A stretch of DNA of 64,000 bases, taken from positions 496,001 through 560,000 of the forward strand of contig OZ218964.1 of the NCBI GenBank assembly GCA_965112735.1, read 5' to 3'. This document shows positions 51,259-61,706 of this stretch, piece after piece. Numbering within the stretch: the stretch's first letter is position 1; every line of letters starts with the position of its first letter. The notes below the pieces were generated by a model, which searched no databases, was not told where the DNA came from, and worked only from the letters and a program-made list of their open reading frames with translations. The translations under genes were made by a program, and so were the position numbers. Source of the stretch: Phaeosaccion multiseriatum (Eukaryota; Protista; Ochrophyta, other classes).

Positions 51259-52494
51259 GGTAGAGGGGGAAGACAAAGCCACCGGCCCCGGTGTGGCCCT
51301 CGAACGTCAAACCTCCCACCCTCGCCGCTTGTCATCCGAGCTGCACAGGCCCATCAGCTATGTGCGCCAGCTAGGACACGGGAGTTGGGTGGGCTGCCGC
51401 ACAGGAGCGATACACACCTGATCGGCGAAGACAGCAAGACAGTGGGTAAAAATCGAGGGATGGAGGGACCCGGCAACTGCTCAGACCTCGAACATACCCC
51501 TTCCTCCCGCCCCCGTCGCTGTTCGATAGGACTCCACGCTAAGGAAGGACAGCGACCCACCCCGGGGCCTCCCCCTCTGCCAAGCAGTTCACCCACGCTC
51601 ACCTTCATTGAAGTTTCTGATTACTGTGACATCAATTTCGCTGGGGAAGAGCGAAGAGCGTGCAAAGAGCAAGCAGACGAGGAGTGTCACGAGTGTAAGA
51701 AAAGGACATATCGACGCAAGAATAGGCGAGATGGGAAGTTGCTGACGCACACCTGTAAAACATTGTCCCGATAGCATACTAAGCACGTTGGATAGGTCAC
51801 AGAATACAGTCTTCCACGGGGGTTTACACTGCACCTGCTCCTGTTCACAGGAGACACTCTGGACAACAACCTAAAACCTACCCTGTCGTAACACTACCGT
51901 ATAAAGCAGGGCAATGGCAGACACCTGGAACATATTCCCTCGCGTGAATACTTGCTTACGCGTTGGACATGTGCGATAAACTTATCCACAGGAAGTGTTC
52001 CCTTCATGAAGTTACAAGTCCTGCAACAAGAAACACATTGTCGTCATCATCATGATCTACACCGGTATATTGCTTACAGCTTTCGCGCTCCTCCTTTGAC
52101 CATCCACCACAGTAGTGACATGGAGCAGAGGTTATTCGTTGGAAGCTGCTCTTAGTGATGTGTACCTTTATCCCACGGCGCGCTGCTTGAGTCAGAAAAA
52201 CGCTCCATCGTTAACTTGAACTGAACTTGCGATTCACTACATATGTCTTGTACTTGAGGGTCTTCCGGTAGCGTCTCTTCTTCAAGGCAAGAGCGCGTTG
52301 GGGATCAAATGCCGTGGCTGAGACGGCCTCTTCGCAGGCAGCTTGCTCCAAAGGCCACTTACATTTTCCTGGAAGGTCACGTCCATTTGTGAGTAGGATT
52401 CAAAGCTCGCTCAGTTTGAGCTTGCTTGCCTTGTGTGCGTACTATATACACTAAGGCGAGCCGCTACCAGTGTTTGCGTATTACGAAGGCTACG

Positions 52495-55400
52495 ATGTCT
52501 AGCGTTCTCGAGGGACAGCGTAGCATACTCACGGCCTTCTTCCACGCCACGGGAGAACCCGACTGGCTTAAGAAAGCAGGATGGAACACGAAAGCACGTG
52601 TAGAAAACTGGGCCGGAGTGACGGTAGAGAATGACTATGTTGTGAAGCTCGATCTGCCGCAGAAAGGCCTCAAAGGTGAGAGAGACGTGATTATGGTTGT
52701 TCCGCCCGAGGTCCTGAAGAGTATTCTGAAGTATTTCCAGAATGTTCGGAAGTTCCCTCTCTGTTCATGCATCTAGATGTGATGGGTCTAGAATATTCGG
52801 GAAGGACGATCAAAGCGGGACAAGAGAAGGAGGCGCGGCACGGTGTGGCAGTCCAGCGACCGTTCGCGTCCTGTTCACTTGATAGTCGAATGACAAAGAA
52901 CTTTCCTCCGCTCCGCAGGGAATATTCCACCAGAGCTTAGGCGTCTGCAGAACCTGGTCGTGCTCAACCTGGAGTTCAACAACCTCAGCGGTAAGTGGTA
53001 CGCACACCCGTTCGCGTCCCTTTTACTTGATTTTTGCCTGACCAAAGAGCTTTCCTCCTCTACAGGGGACATTCCAAGAGAGCTCGGAGATCTCAAGCAG
53101 TTGGCCACTCTGTGTATCTCTACCAAGCTCTCCGGTGAGTGGTACGCGTACCCGTTCGCGTCGCGTCCCTTTGACTTGATGTAAGTATGACCAAGAACAT
53201 TCCTCCGCTCCGCAGGGAATATTCCGCCCGAGCTTGGAGCTCTGCAGAACCTTCAGGTTCTGTGGCTCGAGAACAACAAGCTCACTGGTGAGTGGTACGC
53301 GAACCCGTTCGCGTCCCCTTGCCTTGATATGAGTGTGACCAGAGAACTCTCCTCCCATCCGCAGGGAGCATTCCACCCGAGCTTGGAAGTCTGGAGAAGC
53401 TTGCGGTTTTGGGCCTCGACAGCAACAAGCTCACTGGTAAGTGGTACGCATACCCGTTCGCGTCCCTTTCGCTTGATATTTGTGTGACCACAGAACTTTG
53501 CTCCACTCGGCAGGGAGCATTCCGCCCACGCTTGGAGATGTGAAGCTCCATACCTTGCGACTCTCCAACAACCAGCTCATTGGTAAGTCGAGGTCCATGT
53601 CACTTGGTAATGGTATGAATGACCCAAGCACTTCCTTCCCCTCCGCAGGAGACATTCCACCTGCCCTTGAAGGGCTCTTAAAAGGCCAGCCCCATGGTAA
53701 GTCATACGCGTAGTCGCTCGCGTCCTTCCAGCCAGCAGCGTGTATGGACTGAGAAATTCGGCTCGGGACACCCTTCCTAATGCTCTCTTTCTTCCTTGTC
53801 TGAAGCTGTACGGCCAGGGCGAAGACGCGACGAGAAACAGTCGGGGGCGGCAATGGATGGTGATCACATCGACCGCGTGGATATGCTTGGCTACGGGGAC
53901 TACGGGGAGAGCATTGCCGATGCCGTACGCCAGGCCGTGCCTCCAGTGGCCGTGGGCATTTACGCGAAGTGGGGCTCAGGTACCTTAGCTAGCTACTGAC
54001 CCGCGCAGTTTGTAGAAAGAAATGCCCACTAGGTTGCCTGTCTCACCTTTCCTATCTGCAATCTACGCGATGCACAGGAAAGTCTTTTTTGCTCAGCAGC
54101 ATCAAGTCGAAGTTGCAGGGAAGCAAGACGGGGGGGGGGGAGGACTGGCTCATGCCCTGGTTGATCAGCTACCTATGGCAGGTGCTGCTTTGGTGCTTCT
54201 GTGGGTGCTTTGGACAGTGTTATAGTCGTGTGCTCGTCGAGGAGGGGCCTGACGAGGAAGAAGGAGTGGCGGAGACTGACTACTTAGTGGTGGAGTTCAA
54301 CGCATGCAAGTTGGTCGCACACCACACACGTGTACAATGGCGAAGAGCAGGGCCAACAGAAGGCCTCAGCCAAAGGCTGCATCCTCTTCTGACCACTTTT
54401 ACCACCGCTCCGGTCTCTCCACAGGGCTGTACGCGGGATCCGACAACCTGTGGGCCGGAGTTGTGAAGGTACGGCGCACGGTCAACCGGCCGAGTAGACA
54501 AGGGAGAAATTGAGTTAGCATGAGGGCTTGTCGTCGATAGTGCAAGCTCCATCGCTGTACAGAGCCCCTACCATGCACGCTGGAAGGGCATCCATGCATC
54601 GTAGGGCATCCCGCAACCTCTACCTGACAATTACCCCAACCCTGTACCTTTCTCCTCCTGCTCTCTCGCTTTCTTCGCTCGCTTGGTGACTGTGACGTGT
54701 CACTTTATCTCAGGCCATGTTCGACGAGGTGGAGAAGAGCAGCATGAGAGGAAACCGACGCGCACACAGAATCAAGAGGGCCGTAAAGAGCCAAGGCATG
54801 TACAACTTCCTGCTCCCACTGGGCATCTGCCTCCTTGTGGTGCTCATCGCGGTCACGGCGAGGAGGTCAATTGATAAAGGCCTAGCTACGAAACTGACGG
54901 TAGCCTTCGGGACTAGCTTACCGGTTGCTGCTGGACTAGTCGCGTGGTACAACATCGGCTGGGGTGTTCTGGGCCAAGGAGCAGCACTGTTGAAGGGGGC
55001 CAAAGATGCCAACTTCTCGAAGGAGCTCGGTAAGGGGGGGCTGCGTTTTACTTGTATGTCTATACCGCACTCACTGCCTCGCCTTGTTTCTTGGCCCAGG
55101 CTTCATGGCGAAGGTTAAAGAGGAGCTTGAGGACCTGTACGAGTTTCTTCGGAAGGAAGCAACTGTGCTGGCCGTCATGGTGGATGATCTCGACCGATGC
55201 AAACACTCGCAGGTGGTGAGCATTCTCGAAGCAGCGCAGCTTTTGCTGTGCATGGACAACGCTCCGGTGGCCTTGTTCCTTGCCGTGGACCCGAGAGTGG
55301 TGACTGCTGCGGTCGAGCATAGCTTTTGTGAGACCATGAGTCGTGCCAGGATCACAGGTAACGTCGCTCCCCATGCATGCATTCATGCTCTCTCCCTTCT

Positions 55401-57905
55401 CCTACGTTCATTTGTGTAATGTTCCGTGCTCGGTCCTATATATCTTCTTCCAACCTCAGGATACGAGTACCTGGAGAAGCTGATTCAGTAAGTCAAGGGC
55501 GACGACGGAGTGTTGTTTCTTTTGTTTTCGTTGTTGCTCGGAGTACCTCTTACGTCATGTCTGCCTGCCTGCCTGCCTGCCTGCCGGCCTGCCTGCCTAC
55601 CTGCCTGCGGTGGGCTGCTTGGCCATGACGCTCGCATCGATTGCTGGACCCAGGCTTCCGGTGAGTGAGTGAGTGAATGAGTGAGTGAGTGAGTAAGTGA
55701 TGGGCTGCTTTTGTCCACTGCCAAATTTTAAATCTCCCTACTAACCCTGTGTTTCGTCCTCTCGCTACTTACGTGTGCTTCAGTTTTGCTTGCCGGAAAT
55801 TAAGCTGGGCTACAAGAGAGGCTTGATGGACAGCATACTTCTTGGTGGGACACCGGAGGCCGTCATCGACAACTTGCTTGAGCTCTCCCTTGACGACGGG
55901 AGAAGATTGGCTTTGGAGAAGTGCGGTGTGCTCGAGATCGGTATCAAAGGTTACGATGGGTGGATCGCCTGGATGCGCTTGGGTGGAAACGCCGAGCATC
56001 CTGTTCCAGAGAATGGGAAGGAGAGGAGACAGATGCGCAAGGACCTTGTCGAGGCGTGGGTGAGCAAGCTCCTCAAAAGGGAGCCTGCTCTGGAGAGTGT
56101 TCCGCCGCAACTCGTCGACAATGCCATCAACGCGCTGGCAGAGCTGAGAAAGAAAGGAGACCGAAGGCCCCGGAAGGAGATCAACGCCGTTCGGAAGGAG
56201 AGCATGGCCCATCTCTGCGTCTTTGCCAACTGCTATATCTACCGTGTCACCCAACAGCAAGGCCATCAGCAGCAGGATGCAGCAGGACAGGAGGAGCAAA
56301 AGCAGCAGCAGCAGCAGCAGCAGCAGGATGTTGTTGCTGGTGGTGGTGGTCTTGGTGGAGACCAGCACCAGGAGCAGGACGAGCAAAAGCACGAGAAGAA
56401 GGGGGGGGGTGAAGTGGTCCCAAGCGAACCACCGCAGCAGCAGGCCAAGCAAGAGCAGGAGGAGAAGAAGCAAACTGCTCGTGCGACGAAGCAGCAAAAG
56501 GGGGTGGGTTGCAGGTGGAGAGGGCATAATACTTTCGACAGTTTCGTGGCCTTTATCGACAACAACCCCAGGAAGATGAAGCGCCTGGCCAATATCTACC
56601 GCGTCATGCGAGGCGTCGCGCTGAAGAGCAACGGCGACTGGGATTTTGAAGAGAAGGCCATCAAGTGGTGCATCTTGACAGAGCAGGTGTGTGCATAGCT
56701 ATGGTCCTCACCAGGCAACCTCTGTTGCTGCCGTCGCTGTTGCTGCCGTTTTGGTGACTACGACGGACAACTTTGTGCAGAGGCCAAGGGGTTGCCGGTC
56801 GTTTGCCCACGGAATCTGCTCTCTCTGTCCATATGCCTGCCTGCCTGCCTGTGCCTGTGCCAGTGGCCGTACCGAACGACGGTCATTGTGCACCTCGTGG
56901 AGGATTGCTTGCGACGTACGCACGCACAGAAAGGACGGGGCACTCCCACCCCGGGGCTGGGGGGAGGCGGACAGACGGAGACTCCGGCATGGTCTGTCTT
57001 CGACCCCCTTGTAAGCATGGAGGATGAGACGCAAGACATCAGGTGGGTCGGGTTGTGGTGATTCGCGTGCTTTCTGCCTTCCCCTTGCTTGTTTCCTGCC
57101 TCTGCTTCTCACCCTTGCTTGTTGCCTGCCTCTGCTTCTCACCCCGCCCTTTCCCGACCTTGTCGGCCAACCCCCTTGCTCTCCCGGCCTCCCCTTGCTT
57201 CTTTGCTTGTCTCGCCCCCCCCAAGTGACTTCGAGTTGATCATCGAGCAGGTCGTGCACGCCAATGAGAGTTCCGACAAACTGCTGCAATTGGACAGCGA
57301 TGCGGAGCTCTTTTGGGAACTTCTCAAGACCGGACCGAACATTTTAGTGGAAGATATCCGCGAGGGACCCCACACCGCGGGCAAACTTATGCAGCTCTGC
57401 TTCAACCTGAATCCGTCGCTGAAAGACATGGTGCGTACCCTATCTGCTAGGCACTGCTGTACTGAGTCCCTTCGATGATCAGATTCAGCTGCTACCCCCG
57501 CCCCCCCCTCTCATTCTTTCCCTCTCGCTTCCTCTCTCCCGCTCGCTCCTTGTACACCTCCCCCCCCCTCTCTCTCACACACCCCCCCCTGCTCTCTCCT
57601 GGCCTCGCTCTCTCCCTGCCCCATTCCTGTTTCCCTTCCCTCTTCTCTTTGCTGGCTGTGTAACTGACTGTCAGGTGGCTGGGGAGATGGAGCAGAAAGT
57701 CATCTGGCAGCACAGTAAGCATGCTGACGTGTCAAGATTTTTCAAGGAGCAAGAAAGCTTGCTTCATGCTCAGCCCCGAGAGAACATGATGACCTGGTTT
57801 CACCCGGCGCCTCATTTAGTCCCCGCTGCCACGGAAGGGATGCCCAGCGCCCGTCGGAGCTTATCGACAGGGGAACCGGCAGGGGGAAGAAGGCACTCAA
57901 GATAG
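52495..57905 (+). CDS. LRR + KAP-family P-loop NTPase (LRRNT cap, 5 full + 1 partial plant-type LRRs, KAP NTPase with inserted TM helices, Kidins220/NKPD1-like C-terminus)
   Basis: Exon 1 52495-52675 is an LRRNT-like cap (W..W.GV). LRR exons: 52919-52990, 53066-53134, 53216-53287, 53365-53436, 53514-53582, 53649-53696. KAP motifs: DMLGY..AVGIYAKWGSG|KSFLL (Walker A), VEFNA|WLYAGSDNLWAG, two hydrophobic helices (~54800-54970), VMVDDLDRC (Walker B), LFLAVDPRVV, GYEYLEKLIQLPFCLP, NPRKMKRL, KWCILTEQ|WPYR, LLQLDSDAELF, FNLNPSL. Confidence 0.9.
52858..53696 (+). repeat. Tandem array of ~150-bp intron+LRR-exon cassettes
   Basis: Introns share GTRAGTGGTACGC..ACCCGTTCGCGTC(CC)...CTTGAT...TGACCA.AGAACT.TCCTCC...CAG; each exon starts GG(A/G)..ATTCC and ends in phase 1. 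Confidence 0.92.
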
Positions 57906-58387
57906 CGGAAGAAGCATCACGGAGGAGGCGAAGACCAACGCGTGTACCTCTCTCCAAGAGTGTTGCCACAGTTTGGGCGGTGCGTGGAGGGAGGGAATGG
58001 AGGGAGCCAGCCCCGCCGCTGCGATGGCCAACAGGCCGTCTTCCTGAGCAGCGCGACTGGGCTTGGGCTGTCGCGTGGTCGCCCCTCCGTGTGTGAGAGA
58101 GGGGTAGAGATGAGGGGAGAGAGCGACGGTGAGGGAGAGAAGGAGAGGGAGAGGAAGGGGGCGAGAAAAGGGAGAGCGGCGAGCCACCCACCTCCTGCCT
58201 CCGTCCACCTCCTGTGCCTCTCCCTCCCCCCCCCCTTGTCTCCTGACTAGCTAAAAGAACACCTCTCATCACCACCCACCTCCTCACCCGCCTCAACCCC
58301 TTACCTGTCTCACGCACCCACCCACTCACCCACCCACTCACCCCGCCACCCACCCCCCGCCACCCCCCCCCCTCCACCCCTCTGCAG

Positions 58388-58980
58388 GACCTGGTACTTC
58401 TCTGGGAGGTGGTGCTGGAGGGGTGCAGCGGGTCAGGCAGGCGGGCTTTGCTGGCGACGACTCGCTGAGCCCCAAGAAGGCCAAGGAGCTGAGCCGCAAC
58501 AAGGCCAAGCTGGAAACTGCCCTCGCCATTACGCAGGACGATCTCAAGAAGTGAGTGACTTGTGGGTTTTTGGTTGTGGTGCCCATATAGCCTGCCCATG
58601 TGCCTGCCCATATAGGCCTGCCTGACTGGCCGACTGCCCGAGTCTGACTGCCTGAGTCTGTCTGCCTTGGCTGGCCTTGTACCTATACGTATGCATACCT
58701 TCACGTGCGAAAGAGAGGGTCGTCTTCTCGCCCGTCTTGTGCGTGTGTGTGAGCGTGCGTGCTCCCCTCTTATCTTTCTGCTTACTCACGCACGCACGCA
58801 CACTCACACACACGCACGCACAAACCGACCCTCTGTGGCCGCTGTGCTACTCCCCACCCCCATCCCATGCCCTCTGTCTGTCCTGAAGGTTCCTCACCTA
58901 CGTGAATAAGGTGCCCAAATCCAAGGAGGCGGGTGGGCCTTGCGACATTGAGCGGTTGGAGGCAGACCAGCTGAGCCTGT
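58388..58980 (+). pseudogene. Two orphan spliceable exon-like segments of an unidentified gene remnant
   Basis: CAG|..LSPKKAKELSRNKAKLETALAITQDDLK|GTGAGT and AAG|FLTYVNKVPKSK.. join in frame, but there is no start and they run into the orphan LRR cassette. Confidence 0.3.
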
Positions 58981-59005
58981 CGCCGGTGGAGGCAGACCAG
59001 CTGAG

Positions 59006-59256
59006 CCCGTTCGCGTCCCTTTGACTTGATTTTTGCATGATCAAAGAACGTTCTTCCATCTACAGGGAGTATTCCCCCCGAGCTTGGAAGTCTGAAGAAG
59101 CTTTGTACTGTAAAGAGTCACGTTGCTCTCCACCTGGGATACGAGTAGCCGCATGGATAAGGTAATAGCAACCCCAAAGCCAGCCTGGCAGCCAGCCTTG
59201 TCTCTATTAGCTTTATCCGTGAGCCATCCTAAACGACAACCTGCTGGGAGGTGAGT
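59006..59256 (+). pseudogene. Orphan LRR cassette (conserved intron 3' half + LRR exon) disrupted by a ~113-bp insertion
   Basis: CCCGTTCGCGTCCCTTTGACTTGAT...TACAG|GSIPPELGSLKKLCT (59066-59109), then insertion, then ILNDNLLG-G|GTGAGT (59226-59250). The 44 nt + one codon + 25 nt add up to 72 nt. Confidence 0.85.
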
Positions 59257-59494
59257 GAGAAACGGGCCACGCACCGTTCCTCACCGTATTTGCTTGGGCC
59301 TGGGCCATGGACATAATACTGACTTTCAACATCCCCGTCAGCCATCCCTGCACTTCTAACATCCCCCTGGACTAAACTATTGCGTGTCCCCACGCAACTC
59401 AAAGCGGGTTCGCCTACTAAAGCTCGACTTGTAGCAAAAGCCTCCATGTTGCTTCCAAAAAAAAAGGATGAGAAAATGACATTTTATCGTTCAT

Positions 59495-59530
59495 CGGGGT
59501 TAATTGACATACCGGGGTCAATTGACATAC
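59495..59530. promoter_or_regulatory. 18-bp direct repeat CGGGGT(T/C)AATTGACATAC x2 upstream of the DUF952 gene
   Basis: Seen ~65-100 bp 5' of ATG 59596; function inferred. Confidence 0.35.
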
Positions 59531-59595
59531 TATCCTCTCCCCCTTCTTCCTTTTGCCTCCTCTCGTCTCTTCTTCCTTTCCCTTTCCCTTCAAAC

Positions 59596-60217
59596 ATGGC
59601 GACAACTGCTCCTGCTCCCTTCATGTGAGATTGCGATGGCCTCCCCCTTCCTCCCTCCACTCCTCACTCCCTTCCTCACGCCCTCCCTGCCTCCCTCCCT
59701 CCCTCGCTCATTTTTTTTTTGCAGCTATCATCTGATCAAGGAGGACATGTGGACTCCCGTGAAGGAAGCCGCTGCTGCCTCATCAGAAGGTTCGGAAGAG
59801 CCGCTGCTGTACTTCCCCCCCACCTACAAGAGCGACGGCTTCGTGCATGCGACGGCTGAGCCCACAGCCCTTCTCGACGTGGCAAACCATTTCTATCAAG
59901 GAGATGCTGGCAAGTATCTCTGTCTGAAGATTGATGTTTCAAAGCTAAAGCACGAAGTCAAGTACGAGGCGGCGGCCCCAGTGGGGGACACGGAGGCCTT
60001 CGATAGCGCGAAGGAGCTGCAGGTGGAGGGCGCGAGTGAGCATGTGGTGGAGGAGATGAAGCTCGAGCCCATGTTGTTCCCTCACATCTACGGTGGGATT
60101 AACCCTGGCAGTGTTTGCGAGGAGCTTGTCGTGACGAGGGAAGGGGCGGAAAGCAAGAGCGGCAAGTTCCTCACCATCGACTTCTTTTCTCCTCACGGGG
60201 AAGTGCGGGCTGGGTAG
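59596..60217 (+). CDS. DUF952 family protein (2 exons: 59596-59624, 59725-60217)
   Basis: MATTAPAPF-I|YHL..W...Y.PPTY..DGFVHAT...VANHFY....LCLKID..KL..EVKYE...LFPHIYGGIN, a typical DUF952 pattern. Confidence 0.88.
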
Positions 60218-60878
60218 CGAGGGAAGCAAGCCCACCACATCCCACAGGGCCCTACTCGCAGGGGCGGGACGCAGTGAAGGAGCAGCGCCACGCTTGGTGC
60301 AGGTCTCTGAGGACAGCTGCTACCTGCCCATGTGGACTGAGCTCAACAAGTGACGGACAAAGTGTGCCTCACTTTTCGCTTCCCTTCCGGCGCCCCCAGA
60401 GGAGCGCCACGCAGCGGAGGGGCACAGGCGCTGAAGAAGGCAGCCAATGCACAAACAGTCTGTACAAAGTGAGGGGCTCCACACGCGCAGTCATGTCCTG
60501 TCCACTGCGAACGGGGGTGGAACTTGTACACGTGGGCGTGAGTCCAGCACTTTTGAAGTACGGTATCTGTCACCCCAGAGAGAGGAGAGGAGATGACTGC
60601 GCATGGGGGGCGCCTCTGTTCGGAAGCCCCACAAAAGCCGCTCTTACACACCACTTTATACGCACAAAGCCGCTCCTTGGCGGGGGGGGGGGGGGCTGCT
60701 CGGTGCGGCAGCTGGAGAACATACGCTTCGACAATAATGCCTTGCCATTATCCGCCTGGTGTGGAACGCTGAGTGTAGGTTGTTAGACAAAAATTAAACT
60801 CTCAGTGCGAACCCAGACCTCCATTTTGTATGTGTGTGGCACTCAAGGACCTCATTCACTTGTCTCCTGCCCGCAGCA

Positions 60879-61654
60879 CTACAGCACCACTCGGCTGGTA
60901 TCCTCTTCAGTTGATTCTACCCACTCCCCTTGCTGCAAGCCATCACCAGCAGCTGTCCCCCTCCCCTGCCCCTGCTCCCGGTCCTGCTGCGATGACTGAA
61001 TTTGGAAGCCGAACTCATCATACGCAAACGGGTCCTGGGGAGGGTAGGTTTGCCCCTGTTGCTGAGCGTAGGCCTGCTCCCCCAGGGGAAGGTCGTCTGC
61101 GCCGTCCTCGCAGGCCTGAGCCTGACCCTCCTCCTCCCCGTACCCATACTGCTGCTGCTGCCGCTGCCCATATGCCTGCTGCTGCTGGTGCTCCTGCCCA
61201 GCCGCTGGCGGTGCCGGAGGAAAGCCCCCCGATGATGATGCCCGGTGGGGCTGCTCTCTCCCGTCCGGTCCTCTGCGCGTCTCTCCCATCCCCATCCCTC
61301 CTGGAGCCCCTCCACCGCCATACCCGTATGCGAGGTTCTCTCCGCCCGCCTCCCCGTACCCCCCATACCCTCCCCCGTAGGCGGTGTTTGGGCCGCTTGG
61401 GCTCGCAGCACCCAAGTGTTGTTGGTGTGCATCTTCCCCAAAGTCGCCCCCTGCGTGTCCCTGTGACATTCCCTGCCCTGCGTAGGAGTAGCCGCCCTCT
61501 GCTGCACCATGAGAGACGTCATTTGACTGCTGCTGCTGCTGCTGCTGCCGCTGTCTTACCGAGTCGGCGTGCCCCCTTGGGTCTCCCCCTCTGGGACTTT
61601 TCCCCCATCCTCGCGCTTTGAGTGCTCGGGCGAGAACCTCGTCCATAACCTTCG

Positions 61655-61706
<52 letters not shown>

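Noticed and set aside
52919-53696. LRR cassette array as a CRISPR-like repeat-spacer array
   Set aside because: The 'spacers' are homologous in-frame LRR exons and the 'repeats' are GT-AG introns.
57742-58704. 320-aa minus strand ORF
   Set aside because: Crosses low-complexity tracts and is antisense to + strand exon-like segments; no domain.
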